Below, in pieces: positions 10,763-20,974 of a stretch of DNA of 64,000 bases (position 1 is its first letter; each line of letters begins with the position of its first letter). The notes under the pieces were generated by a model that saw nothing but the letters and a program-made list of their open reading frames with translations, searched no databases and was not told the DNA's origin. Both the position numbers and the translations under genes were made by a program. Source of the DNA: Candidatus Bathyarchaeota archaeon (GTDB lineage: Archaea; Thermoproteota; Bathyarchaeia; Bathyarchaeales; Bathycorpusculaceae); assembly GCA_963832745.1 (NCBI GenBank), contig CAWHVC010000002.1:32001-96000 (forward strand). The letters are read 5' to 3'.

Positions 10763-11784
10763 GGCACATCCACCTTGTCTACTCGCCAACGCAACTTCAC
10801 ATAACTCTCATCTAGTGGAGTAGTTAACCCGTGAGTATAAGCTAAAACGCCTGTCCAAGCAACCATGGCGCCGTTATCAGTGGCGAACATTTGCGGAACC
10901 ACATTGAAACGTGCATCATGCTCTTCTGCAATAACCTTAAGCATCGCCTGCAAACGCTTATTTGCAGCCACACCTCCCGTTAACAATACCTCTTTTTTTT
11001 CAGTGTGAGCTAACGCACGTTCAGTAACTTCGGTAACCATGGCAAACGCGTGCTCCTGAAGGCTGTAACACAAATCTTCAAGGTTGCAGTTGCCTTTCTG
11101 AAGCTGAGCGGTTGCAGCGGTTAAAAGTCCACTTAAGGATAAATCCATGCCCTTCACGACGTATGGTAAGGTGCTGAGGTTTTTGCCTTTAAGTGCAAGT
11201 TGCTCTATGGCGGCACCAAGCGGCAAACCTTTCTGATTTTTTAGGCCTGCTTGTCTTCCAAAAACATCAAGACAGTTACCAAGTGCAATATCCAAGGTTT
11301 CACCGAAAACCCTGTAACGTTTGGATTCAAACGCGGTTACCATAGTGTTTCCGCCTGAAGCGTAAAGCGTGACTGGGTCGGTTACACCTGTTTTTAGTTT
11401 TCCCACTTCAATATGTGCAACTGAATGGTTCACTCCAACTAAAGGAATGTTGAGGTACGCCGCTAAAGCGCGAGCTACAGTTGCTCCTGTGCGGAGGCAG
11501 GGTCCTAATCCAGGGCCCATGGAAAAAGCGATGCATGTTAAGTCTTTAGGTTTGATTTTTGCTTCAGTTAACGCTTGCCGTAAAACTTTATCCGCAACTT
11601 CTGAATGGTGTCTTGCCGCTTCTCTTGGATGAATCCCGCCTTCTGCCGGCACGTAGCTGTCTACAGCGTTTGCAAGGATTTCACCATCGAATTTTGATAT
11701 GCCTATGCCTAAATCGTCTGCTGTGGATTCGATGCCTAAACAGTACAAGTTACCGGTTTGCAATGCTCTCTTCGTGTTAATCAT
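10750..11784 (-). CDS. kae1: tRNA N6-threonylcarbamoyltransferase Kae1
   Basis: LGIEST, GGIHP, GPGLGPCL, HSVAH, GETLD, GGVAAN, DNGAM; start approximate. Confidence 0.95.
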   Translation of the reverse strand: MINTKRALQTGNLYCLGIESTADDLGIGISKFDGEILANAVDSYVPAEGGIHPREAARHHSEVADKVLRQALTEAKIKPKDLTCIAFSMGPGLGPCLRTGATVARALAAYLNIPLVGVNHSVAHIEVGKLKTGVTDPVTLYASGGNTMVTAFESKRYRVFGETLDIALGNCLDVFGRQAGLKNQKGLPLGAAIEQLALKGKNLSTLPYVVKGMDLSLSGLLTAATAQLQKGNCNLEDLCYSLQEHAFAMVTEVTERALAHTEKKEVLLTGGVAANKRLQAMLKVIAEEHDARFNVVPQMFATDNGAMVAWTGVLAYTHGLTTPLDESYVKLRWRVDKVDVPWIN

Positions 11785-11869
11785 GTGAATCCAAGTTTTC
11801 TGAGGGATACATATTTTTATCTGGAATGAACGCTTATATCTAATTGCATTATTTGGAACTGATATTAGC

Positions 11870-12295
11870 ATGCCTAAACGTAATGACCTTGAACAAAAAG
11901 CACTACATTATGTAGTTAACACGGGTTATCAGGGTGTACTTCAATCAGATTTATGGCGTGAACTTGGCGCAAGCAGCCGTGAAGGTTCACGTGTTTCAAT
12001 CAAGCTGGAAGAAAAAGGGCTCATCCGCAGAGAAAAGGAACTGCAAGAAGGCCGCTGGACATACAGGTTGTATCCTAAGAGGCTTCCGGCATCTATTGAA
12101 ACCATTGTTGACTGCCCATGTTTGCTTTGTCCAGACAATGCAAGATGTGACCCAACCACAGCTATTTCTCCTAAAAGCTGCCAAAGATTAACTGACTGGA
12201 TTTTGGGTCTAGGAAACAAAGACCAAATGCCAGCTGCACCTGAAGATCCAAGCATACCAGAGGATGATTCCCTTGCCGAAAGCTTGGATACGTGA
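11870..12295 (+). CDS. Transcription factor E beta subunit / archaeal RPC34 homologue (wHTH + Fe-S domain)
   Basis: GVLQSDLWRELGASSREGSR winged helix, then CPCLLCP..C...ISPKSC..LTDW Cys cluster. Confidence 0.8.
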   Translation: MPKRNDLEQKALHYVVNTGYQGVLQSDLWRELGASSREGSRVSIKLEEKGLIRREKELQEGRWTYRLYPKRLPASIETIVDCPCLLCPDNARCDPTTAISPKSCQRLTDWILGLGNKDQMPAAPEDPSIPEDDSLAESLDT

Positions 12296-12893
12296 AAGAA
12301 AAAACGAGTTTTACTACAAGAAAGCCAAAGCTGAAAACTACCGCAGCCGCGCCGTATACAAGCTGGTTCAAGCTAACGAGAAATACGGTTTCATTAAACT
12401 GCGCGACGTCGTCGTTGATTTAGGTGCTGCACCTGGCGGTTGGATTCAAGCAGCCAGAAAAATGACTGGCAAATACGGTTTTGTCTTAGGCGTAGACCTT
12501 AAACCGATTGAACCGTTTCCTCAAGATTACATTCGTACGGTAGTTGCTGATTTAACTGAGCCAAACATTGCAGAGCAAATCCTTTCATTTCTGCCTCGCA
12601 GACCAAATGTTGTGATTTCTGATGCTGCACCAAATGTTACAGGTGTCTGGGAAGTTGACCATGCACGACAAATCGATTTAGCCACAAAAGCGATGGATAT
12701 TGCATTGCAGATTTTGCGTCCAGGCGGCAACTTTTTCGTAAAACTCTTCGAAGGCGACTTAATGAACGAGTTTATCCAAACTGTCAAGTGCAACTTTACA
12801 GAGGTTAAAATTGTTAAGCCACAAGCGAGTCGCGCTAAAAGCTCTGAAATGTACCTTTTAGCTTTAGGCTCAAAAAATGGTCTTGAAGAGTAA
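12264..12893 (+). CDS. rlmE: 23S rRNA 2'-O-methyltransferase RlmE
   Basis: YRSRAVYKL, DLGAAPGGW, SDAAP, KPQASR..SSEMY. Confidence 0.95.
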   Translation: MIPLPKAWIRERKNEFYYKKAKAENYRSRAVYKLVQANEKYGFIKLRDVVVDLGAAPGGWIQAARKMTGKYGFVLGVDLKPIEPFPQDYIRTVVADLTEPNIAEQILSFLPRRPNVVISDAAPNVTGVWEVDHARQIDLATKAMDIALQILRPGGNFFVKLFEGDLMNEFIQTVKCNFTEVKIVKPQASRAKSSEMYLLALGSKNGLEE

Positions 12894-12905
12894 ACCATAA
12901 TTTCT

Positions 12906-13628
12906 TTGATGCCTCTTTTTGTTTTAGGTGGTATGGGTTTGAATGTTGTAGCGGCTGATTCTGCAGCGGCAATTCTTGATGCTCAGTTTAACCCTGTTTT
13001 TCTTGTTGCTTCGGTGGCAGTGCTTGTTAAGCCTCCTTATCGTGAAGCAAGTTATCGTATTGCCCAACCTATTTTTAAAGAGGTTAACACGGGCTTTGAA
13101 GTGATAGTGCATGAAGCTGAACTTTGCCTTCAGATGCTTGATAAAATGAAAGCTGACGTGGTTCATTTGGACATGACTTTAGGTGGTATCCCTCTTGAAG
13201 CATTGTCACCAGTGGAGTTGTCTAATTTGAGGGCTTCTAGAACAGGCAAAGTAAATATTCTTAAAATTCTGCCAAGGCTAAGAAAAATCGCTACAGAAAT
13301 CAAACGTCTCCATGACATAGAAATGCTTGCAATAGGCAAAGAAAGTGTGCCTGTTAGAATTGCAGAGTTAACTGCTGGTGCTGAAGCAGTTTTGTTTGCC
13401 GCCAAAAAAGTTGTAGCTGAAGAGGAACCTTTACTGTTGGGGTTGCCTATTAATTGTCAGCCTTTCTTTGCAGGGGATGAGGTTTATTTGCAGTCGCTTA
13501 TGGCTGGTGAACATGAACTTCGTGGGTTTGCCGTTGATGTGGAAGATGTACTGGGAAAGGTTAAATTTACAGAAACGTTTAACCCATGTGCACGTGGCTT
13601 TAGAGCCGTAAAGATTCAAAACCGATAA
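12906..13628 (+). CDS. Conserved archaeal protein (DUF4152-like)
   Basis: VVAADSAAAILD, VVHLDMTLGG, AIGKESVPVRIAEL, NPCARGF. Confidence 0.65.
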   Translation: MMPLFVLGGMGLNVVAADSAAAILDAQFNPVFLVASVAVLVKPPYREASYRIAQPIFKEVNTGFEVIVHEAELCLQMLDKMKADVVHLDMTLGGIPLEALSPVELSNLRASRTGKVNILKILPRLRKIATEIKRLHDIEMLAIGKESVPVRIAELTAGAEAVLFAAKKVVAEEEPLLLGLPINCQPFFAGDEVYLQSLMAGEHELRGFAVDVEDVLGKVKFTETFNPCARGFRAVKIQNR

Positions 13629-13638
13629 ACAAAGGAAA

Positions 13639-14199
13639 GTGTTTCATTTGAGCGATATTTTATCATTTTGGACAAAAGCTTCCCCCAGACGGAAAAGAGT
13701 CTACTCTTTAATCTTCATATTTATTCTTTCGGTTGTGGTAACTTTTGCTGGAACTTTAGTGCCGTTAACAACTGAAGAAGCAAACACAATCTCCAACCAA
13801 GTTAACCAGACCCTAATAGAAAACAACGATTTTGCTTCCTTAACAGGCGCAATTTTTGTTAACAACTTTATGCTCTGCCTAATCATGTTCATTCCTGTAG
13901 CGGGTGCATTGTTTGGACTTTTTACGTTGTTCTCCACTGGCACAGCTATAGGCGCGATTTCTATGGTGCAAGGCATGCCTGCAAGCATCACAATACTGTT
14001 ACTAATGATTACACCGATATTTTGGCTTGAATTCGTCTCTTACTCGCTGGGCATGACAGAAAGCATTTGGCTGTTCCGTCGGTTAACGCAAAAACGGTGG
14101 CGGGAACTAAAATGGACTGCCCTATTCATCGGCGTCACTGCAGGTTTACTTGCTCTCGGCGCTGTGGTGGAGGCATGGCTTATACTTGCAGGCGCCTAG
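13639..14199 (+). CDS. SpoIIM/DUF95-family membrane protein
   Basis: IFVNN motif, five TM helices, WLEF and AVVEA motifs. Confidence 0.8.
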   Translation: MFHLSDILSFWTKASPRRKRVYSLIFIFILSVVVTFAGTLVPLTTEEANTISNQVNQTLIENNDFASLTGAIFVNNFMLCLIMFIPVAGALFGLFTLFSTGTAIGAISMVQGMPASITILLLMITPIFWLEFVSYSLGMTESIWLFRRLTQKRWRELKWTALFIGVTAGLLALGAVVEAWLILAGA

Positions 14200-14206
14200 C
14201 CTCTTC

Positions 14207-15064
14207 TTATTTTTTGATTATTTCTAAACTAATATCTAATGATTTTACGCTATGCGTTAACGCGCCCACACTGATTATGTCCACATTAGCAAGAGCGTAA
14301 TCCAGCAGGGTTTCGCTGTTTATTCCGCCACTTACTTCCAGCAAGACCTTATGAGGAAGCTTTGCATTTTTAAGCATTTCAGCCGCTTTGTTAGCTTCAT
14401 CTGGCGTGAAATTATCAAGCATTATTATGTCTGCGCCTGCCTCAGCTACCCTAAGAATATCGGTTGCCTTTGTTATTTCAACCTCAATTTTCTTGCTAAA
14501 CGAAACGTTTTCTTTTGCCAACTTAACCGCTTTCACCGGGTCACCGACTACTGCGATGTGGTTATCTTTGATTAAAATCATATCATCCAAGTGTAGCCTG
14601 TGAGGGTCACCGCCGCCGACAGCGACAGCTTTCTTGTCCAAGTAAAGTAGACCCGGCGCGGATTTTCGGGTTGCAGATATTTTTGCTGAGGATTTTACCG
14701 CTTCAAGTTTTTCAGCTAAGTCGCGTGTAGCTGTTGCGATGCCGCACATGCGTGATAATAAATTAAGTAGTGTACGTTCAACTGTTAGGATAGTTTGTGC
14801 GTCACCGGTTATTTGCATTAGAACCTGCTTGTTTTTTACTTGTTCACCGTCGGTGAGGTTGGCTTTAACTTTTAAATCTAAGGCTTGAGCAAGAATGGTT
14901 GCTTCTTTAATGCCTGCTGCTACTCCAGGTTCTTTAGCGATTACTTCAGCGGTTACGGTTAAATCTGACGGAATGACTGCGGCTGCTGTAACATCGCCTT
15001 GACCAACATCATCGTTTAAAAGGTGTATTAGTCGTTCTTCAACAAGTTTTCGAGGCACAAACAT
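14207..15064 (-). CDS. nadC: Quinolinate phosphoribosyltransferase
   Basis: GDVT, ERTLLN, TRK.APG, LIKDNH, IEVE, IMLDN, SVGALTHS. Confidence 0.95.
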   Translation of the reverse strand: MFVPRKLVEERLIHLLNDDVGQGDVTAAAVIPSDLTVTAEVIAKEPGVAAGIKEATILAQALDLKVKANLTDGEQVKNKQVLMQITGDAQTILTVERTLLNLLSRMCGIATATRDLAEKLEAVKSSAKISATRKSAPGLLYLDKKAVAVGGGDPHRLHLDDMILIKDNHIAVVGDPVKAVKLAKENVSFSKKIEVEITKATDILRVAEAGADIIMLDNFTPDEANKAAEMLKNAKLPHKVLLEVSGGINSETLLDYALANVDIISVGALTHSVKSLDISLEIIKK

Positions 15065-15153
15065 AGTTGTAACTTAATTTATCAAAGGTTTAAATGCTTT
15101 CGTTGCCTTGAATTTAGAAAACTAAAATTAAGACGTTCCTCTGCTGTGATTGT

Positions 15154-16293
15154 ATGCGATTGCTGTTCACCTGCTCAGAATTGGGGTTAGGTCATGTTTC
15201 ACGGATTATTCCTTTAGGCAAGCGGCTGGAACAAGCTGGGCATGAAGCGTTCTTTTTTTCAGGCGGCAAAGCCTATGAACTGCTAAAAAAAGAGTTTAAA
15301 CACGCTTACAAATGCACTCCAATCGCATGGTACGAAAACGCTTCGGGAATTGTTACATCAGCTTCTTTGATTAACATACTGTTTCCTTTGCCTGTGTTTA
15401 ACGCGGAGAACCGCCAGTTTGAAATGAAAAACTCTAACGCCATGGAGGTTATCCATAGGTATTATGATTTAAGAGAAAACCTGCGTGACATTGCCCCTGA
15501 TGTGTTGATTGCTGACGGCGACATAAACGCTTTAAGGCTCGCCTTCAGATGGAAGATTCCATCGGTTTACATTGCTAACTTGATTCGTCCAAGTTACGGG
15601 TTTGCAAGTTTACTTAATCCTGGCGAACGTATAGTTGAAGAATACGTTAAACGCTGTACAAAAATTGTTATTCCTGACAATCCGCCGCCCTACACGGTTT
15701 CAGGCTATAACATCGGCGACTTGCGTGGTTCAGCGTTTGAAGATAAAATCGAGTATGTTGGCGCCTTTATGGACACTACACCTGTTGAGGGTGCAGAAGA
15801 GCATGTTTTTGCTCCCGTAAGTGGGCCAATCGGGACCCGTTCAAAACTACTGAAAACTTTGCTTCCTGTTCTTCAAAAAATCTCTGGCAAAGCAGTAATT
15901 AGTCTTGGCATTCCCGGCAAGAAGGCTTCAGCAAAGATTGGTAACTGTGAAATCCACAACTGGCTTTCCACTGTTGAACGCCAAGAAGCCATGAAAAACG
16001 CCAAATACGTAATCTTCAGCGGTGGACACATAACCTGCTTCGAAACCGTAAAGTATGCTAAACCAAGCATTTGCATTCCAACCCAGCCTGAACAAGGTGG
16101 CAACGCGGCAAAACTGCAAGATTTAGGCTGCTCAATCAAAGTTAAAAACCAAAAAGAGTTGGAGAAAGCTGTGCAGAAAATGGAAGTAGAGCTTGCTGTT
16201 TACAAAAAGAATGTACTGGAGCTTAGCAGGTTCTCTAGTAGATTTAACGGTTTAGATAGGGCTGTTGAAATTGTGGAGAATGTTTTAGGTTAA
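15154..16293 (+). CDS. GT-B glycosyltransferase (MurG/MJ1255-like)
   Basis: GLGHVSR, SGGHIT..E, QPEQ..NA motifs. Confidence 0.85.
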   Translation: MRLLFTCSELGLGHVSRIIPLGKRLEQAGHEAFFFSGGKAYELLKKEFKHAYKCTPIAWYENASGIVTSASLINILFPLPVFNAENRQFEMKNSNAMEVIHRYYDLRENLRDIAPDVLIADGDINALRLAFRWKIPSVYIANLIRPSYGFASLLNPGERIVEEYVKRCTKIVIPDNPPPYTVSGYNIGDLRGSAFEDKIEYVGAFMDTTPVEGAEEHVFAPVSGPIGTRSKLLKTLLPVLQKISGKAVISLGIPGKKASAKIGNCEIHNWLSTVERQEAMKNAKYVIFSGGHITCFETVKYAKPSICIPTQPEQGGNAAKLQDLGCSIKVKNQKELEKAVQKMEVELAVYKKNVLELSRFSSRFNGLDRAVEIVENVLG

Positions 16294-16919
16294 GCTTGTG
16301 AGTTTAGACTTAAGCGTTTGACTTCGCCGTTTGGGGTTTGTTCTTCAAAGATTATGGCTTTGAACCGGTAGATTTTTGTGCCCTTTGTTAACCAAGTGTC
16401 CGGTGGTAATCCTGCCTTCATGCAGCATTGACAAAGGAATTCTTCCTCGCACCATTGCCACTCAACTGGAACTTGTGGCAACAGAAGTCCTTTGTTGTAG
16501 CCTTTCTCGATGATTAAGCCGTCTTGACCAACTTTGATTTGTTTAATGTACTCTTTTGGGTTGTCAACGTTTACTTGCTCGGGCGGTGTTAAAACGCTGA
16601 CTTCAAAAATGCATGTATCCAATTCGTCAAGAGCCATGGCTGGGAAGCGTGGGTCTTCTGTTGCAGCGTTTATGGCTGAATCAATAACGGCTTCCACAAG
16701 CGGGCTTGTCGGGTAAGGGTAACCTATGCAGCCGCGAAGAGCTTTTTCTCCTGCCTTAAAAGTGTTTATAGTGACAAAGACGCCGCATTTCTCGTAAAGC
16801 TTCCTAGGCGTATCTTTAGGTGGCTTTAGGGTTTGGCCCGAATCCAGGTAAGTTTTAACTGTATTTCGTGAAAGTTCGATTAAGAATTTTCCTTCTTCAT
16901 TTGTTAATTCAAACGGTAT
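16290..16919 (-). CDS. AMMECR1-domain (AmmeMemoRadiSam protein A) protein; probable ATA start
   Basis: Frame stays open upstream of the track's start through GVFVT...LRGCIG; DPRF, EVSVL, GLLLPQV, KAGL; GGAGGT SD upstream of ATA. Confidence 0.88.
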   Translation of the reverse strand: MPFELTNEEGKFLIELSRNTVKTYLDSGQTLKPPKDTPRKLYEKCGVFVTINTFKAGEKALRGCIGYPYPTSPLVEAVIDSAINAATEDPRFPAMALDELDTCIFEVSVLTPPEQVNVDNPKEYIKQIKVGQDGLIIEKGYNKGLLLPQVPVEWQWCEEEFLCQCCMKAGLPPDTWLTKGTKIYRFKAIIFEEQTPNGEVKRLSLNSQA

Positions 16920-17001
16920 ACCCTAATACCTCCTAGTCAACAACCTGTATGTTATAGTGAACAAGAATTAAGAAGTTAAAAAAGGTTAAAAAAGGGCGAT
17001 T

Positions 17002-17652
17002 TTAGAGTTTGGTTGATTCTTCGGTTACGCCTTCCTTGGTTATGATAAGGAAGTTGATTCCGTCGCCGCTCATTGCATCTCTGTTTATTGCAGATTTGAT
17101 TGCCCTTGTGATGAGTTCTTTTGCTTCAGCTACTGTTATTGATTCTTTGTAGGCTTCTTCTATGACGCCGATGGCTACTTCTGTCCCTGAACCGACTGCT
17201 GCGTACTTGTCTGGAATAAGTGAACCTAAAACGTCAAGAACAAAAAGTGATGCGCCTTCTTCATCTAAACCGCCGACGATTGTTTGAGTGTACAAAGGTG
17301 CGTATCTGCGGTTAAAGAGAATGTTTGCCATAAGTTTAGATGCCGCTCTTACACTGATTTTTCTGCCAACATCCATGCTGAATAGTTTGGCTTGAGCTTC
17401 CATTTCTCGGGCGAGAACCTGCATGTCTCCAACAAGTCCAGCGCATGCGACCCCGATTTGGTCTGTTACTTTGAAAACTTTTTTGCCGCCTCGGCTCATG
17501 ATAAAGCCGCCGTAGGTTACACGTTTTTCTGAAGCTAATACTACGCCGTCAACACAAACGATGCCGACTGTTGTTGCGCCTGGCATCCACGCCATACCTT
17601 GCTGAGCTTGATTGCCCTGTGGCTGCTGTTGGCGTTGCTCTTCTTGAGGCAT
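17002..17652 (-). CDS. psmB: 20S proteasome beta subunit (likely non-catalytic paralogue)
   Basis: GATTVGI...GVVLASEKR, AGLVGD, GSG, RDAMSG; start placed at MPQEEQ. Confidence 0.92.
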   Translation of the reverse strand: MPQEEQRQQQPQGNQAQQGMAWMPGATTVGIVCVDGVVLASEKRVTYGGFIMSRGGKKVFKVTDQIGVACAGLVGDMQVLAREMEAQAKLFSMDVGRKISVRAASKLMANILFNRRYAPLYTQTIVGGLDEEGASLFVLDVLGSLIPDKYAAVGSGTEVAIGVIEEAYKESITVAEAKELITRAIKSAINRDAMSGDGINFLIITKEGVTEESTKL

Positions 17653-17947
17653 TACGTGCATTTGTGGAATTTTCCGTAATGATGGAAATTGTGACTGAAA
17701 TCCGTATCTTTCCATAACTTTTCGCCTTTTCCCGATGTATTACACAAAACAATGTATTAAGGTTACTTATAACCATTTTAGACCCAGTTTCACCTGTTAT
17801 GGTGTAAACTTATAGCCGGTTAGCTGTCTGAAATGCGGCAATCATTTAAAAACTTGGTTTCTGCAACTCGACTATACTGAACTAAAACAGGGTAAAGTTT
17901 AGAAACCTTTTTCCATAAGCATCAAACTTACCAAACAGGATTGGCTA

Positions 17948-18547
17948 ATGATTCAAGTTTACACCCAAAACGTTAACGGTATATGGCTCACGGTAGCCTA
18001 CAGGGAACAGCAAGTTTTAGCTACCTCTTTTGCAGATACTGAACAAAAAGCCCTAAGAAACCTGCTAACCAGTTTGCCATTCAACACGCCCTTTCAAGTT
18101 TTCCTTTTACCGTCAACCAGCGCAAAAGACACGTTTGCTTTGATGGAAGGCATTCTTGAAGGAAAAGACGTCAAAATTAACCTTAACCTTGCAACGGATA
18201 AACTGCCTAGATACACTACAAGCGTGCTTAAGGCGGTTATGCAAATCCCAGTTGGTTACGTCGCAACTTATGGAGCAGTTGCTAAAGCTGTAGGCGGTGG
18301 TCCAAGAGCAGTCGGGAATGTTATGGCAGGCAACATTTTTGCCCCATGTGTTCCTTGTCACCGCGTGGTGAAGTCGGATCTTTCTTTAGGCGGATACGGG
18401 GGCGGCTTAAAAATTAAGTATCAATTGCTCGTTAAGGAAAAACGTGGTTACCTTGAAACTAAAGGTGTTGCGGTAGAAGGCGGTGGTGTGCTGCAGGTTT
18501 ATCCTGTCGAGTTTACCTTGAAAAACTGTTTACTGCAACCATTTTAG
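17948..18547 (+). CDS. ogt: O6-methylguanine-DNA methyltransferase
   Basis: IPVG.VATYG, PRAVG, PCHRV. Confidence 0.92.
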   Translation: MIQVYTQNVNGIWLTVAYREQQVLATSFADTEQKALRNLLTSLPFNTPFQVFLLPSTSAKDTFALMEGILEGKDVKINLNLATDKLPRYTTSVLKAVMQIPVGYVATYGAVAKAVGGGPRAVGNVMAGNIFAPCVPCHRVVKSDLSLGGYGGGLKIKYQLLVKEKRGYLETKGVAVEGGGVLQVYPVEFTLKNCLLQPF

Positions 18548-18631
18548 CTTTTGTAGGCTTGTTTTTAAGCAATAAGCACATAAAGTGGAACGTCTGAATA
18601 TTTAGTGTAACGTTTTTGAGGTTCAAGCTTT

Positions 18632-20398
18632 ATGGCTAAATATAGATGTACCATTTGCAATTGGGTTTATGATGAAGCTAAAGAAGGTAAAAAATTTTCT
18701 GATTTACCTAAAGAGTGGGTTTGTCCAATCTGCGGTGCCCCAAAAACCGCTTTTGTGCTGCTTGCAGAAAACCAAACTGTTGAAGAAAAACCAAAAGCCG
18801 TCCACACGGTTTCTGAAATACTGGTTAATCAACTTGCAGAATGGGGTCTACAATACGTTTTCGGTATTCCCGGCACGTCAACGTTGGGTGTTGTGGATGC
18901 GATTCGTAAAAGTAACGGTAAAATCAAATACCTGCAAGTCCGCCATGAACAAACCGCAGCTTTTATGGCATCAGCTTACGGCAAACTAACCAGTCATGTT
19001 GCCGCTGTGTTGAGCATTTCTGGTCCCGGCACAACTAATCTTGCAACGGGCTTGTATGACGCCAAACTTGATTATTCACCAGTAATAGCGTTAACTGGTA
19101 TGGTGACGCGAAAACAAATTGGTCCAGGGTCACTTCAAGAAATTGACCATTACGCTTTCTTTGAACCCATAAGCGTCTTTAACAAAATCCTCATGTCACC
19201 AGAACAAACCACAATGCTTGCAACCTTAGCTGTTAAGCACGCGCTTGTCGACCGAGGCGTAGCTCACATCGGAATCCCCAATGATGTCCAAAAACTGCCG
19301 TATGACACGGAAATTTTGCCTTTTGAAGGACGCATGCCCAACCTTGCTTATGGGCAGGAAGACTCAATAATTGAAAAAGCTGCCAAAGTTGTTGATTCAG
19401 CAAGTCGTCCAGTTATAATTGTTGGTTTAGGAGCAAGAGGTCAAGGAACCAAACTGTTGCGGCTTGCAGAGAAGATTTCAGCGCCGATTGTTTCCACTTT
19501 TAAAGGTAAAGGCATAGTTGACGATAGTGAACCGTTGTATGTTGGGTGTCACGGCGGAATCGGTTCAACAGCTGCTGGCACGCTTGTGGACAGAACGGAT
19601 TTGCTGATTGTTATTGGTGCCTCTTTTTCGGATCTAAGTATGATTCCTAAGAAACGGATGATTCAGATTGATATTAATCCGCTTATGCTTGCCCGTCGTT
19701 ACTCCGCCGAAGTTGGCCTTCTGGGAAACAGCGCCGTACTCATCCCTAAATTAGCCGCTAAGGCTTCCGAAAAACATGCTACAGCCTACCTGCAAGAGAT
19801 TACCCAACTTAAACAGAACTGGCTAAACCAAATAGAACGGGAAGCAGACGAAACTGCCAATCCCATACGGGCACCTTACATTATGAAAGTGTTAACTGAA
19901 AAGTTTGCTGATGATGCGGTGATTTCGCTTGATGTAGGTGAGAACTGCTGGTGGTTTGGCAGAAACTTCCAGATGAAACGTACACAAAAAATGGTTATGA
20001 GCGGCAACTTGGCGACGATGGGTTTCGGTTTGCCCGGCGCGTTAGCAGCGCATCTTGCTTATCCAGACAAGCAAATCGTCTGCATTACAGGTGATGGCGG
20101 CTTGACAATGGTGCTTGGCGACTTCTTAACCGCGTTAAAGTATGAGATGCCCATCAAAGTGTTTGTCATCAATAACAAGAGTTTAGGCATGATTATGCAA
20201 GAACAAAAAGTGGAAGGCTACCAAAGCTGGCAAACAGAGCTTCATGATTTCAGTTTTGCTGAATTTGCGCAAAACGCAGGCGGCTTAGGCATAAAAGTTC
20301 TTGAACCCAAAGAATTGCCCGACGCAGTTGACCGTGCACTTGCATCAAACAAAGCTACGATTGTTGATATCGACACTGACCCACGAAGGTTTCTTTAG
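18632..20398 (+). CDS. Rubredoxin-fused ThDP enzyme (pyruvate oxidase/acetolactate synthase family)
   Basis: CTIC...WVCPIC rubredoxin; VFGIPG, RHEQ, GPG, GDGG..NN ThDP motif. Confidence 0.88.
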   Translation: MAKYRCTICNWVYDEAKEGKKFSDLPKEWVCPICGAPKTAFVLLAENQTVEEKPKAVHTVSEILVNQLAEWGLQYVFGIPGTSTLGVVDAIRKSNGKIKYLQVRHEQTAAFMASAYGKLTSHVAAVLSISGPGTTNLATGLYDAKLDYSPVIALTGMVTRKQIGPGSLQEIDHYAFFEPISVFNKILMSPEQTTMLATLAVKHALVDRGVAHIGIPNDVQKLPYDTEILPFEGRMPNLAYGQEDSIIEKAAKVVDSASRPVIIVGLGARGQGTKLLRLAEKISAPIVSTFKGKGIVDDSEPLYVGCHGGIGSTAAGTLVDRTDLLIVIGASFSDLSMIPKKRMIQIDINPLMLARRYSAEVGLLGNSAVLIPKLAAKASEKHATAYLQEITQLKQNWLNQIEREADETANPIRAPYIMKVLTEKFADDAVISLDVGENCWWFGRNFQMKRTQKMVMSGNLATMGFGLPGALAAHLAYPDKQIVCITGDGGLTMVLGDFLTALKYEMPIKVFVINNKSLGMIMQEQKVEGYQSWQTELHDFSFAEFAQNAGGLGIKVLEPKELPDAVDRALASNKATIVDIDTDPRRFL

Positions 20399-20410
20399 GA
20401 GCTGGCTTGA

Positions 20411-20830
20411 ATGGAAAATCGCTCCTATGCTGCGCCATTTGTTCTCTCGCTGGTAGGCGGCGTAATCATTGTTGTCTTTAGCATTTTCTACTCGGTTTGG
20501 TTTGGCACTTCACTTCCGTACTGGGGTAACATCGGTAACTGGATGGGTGGAATGATGAGTAATTATCACAGCTTTATGGGTAGTTACGGCAGTTCCTATG
20601 GGTATCTGACAACAATCTCCATAGTAAGCCTAATCTCTGGTATACTGGTAATTATCGGTGCAGTCATGCTTCGCTTTCATCCGCAAGATAACCTTATTTG
20701 GGGAACTCTGATTGTCATTTTTGCTGCTCTGAGTTTTATCGGAATGGGCGGCTTCTTTATTGGCGCAATCTTGGGCATTATCGGGGGCGCCTTGGCTTTG
20801 AGTTACAAGCCAACAAAAACAAAAGCTTAA
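20411..20830 (+). CDS. Small Gly-rich membrane protein
   Basis: Four hydrophobic segments; GGFFIGAILGIIGGALAL. Confidence 0.7.
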   Translation: MENRSYAAPFVLSLVGGVIIVVFSIFYSVWFGTSLPYWGNIGNWMGGMMSNYHSFMGSYGSSYGYLTTISIVSLISGILVIIGAVMLRFHPQDNLIWGTLIVIFAALSFIGMGGFFIGAILGIIGGALALSYKPTKTKA

Positions 20831-20974
20831 CATGTTTTCCATTCATTAGCACTATGTCTTAGTGTTTTTGGGTCTTTAGATATTTTCAGGGCGGTTTTCT
20901 ATCTGCTTCTATAGGTTTCTGCATACCCTTTCTAACAGGGTCCAAATAGGCTGCAAATAGGTTGGCAATAATTG

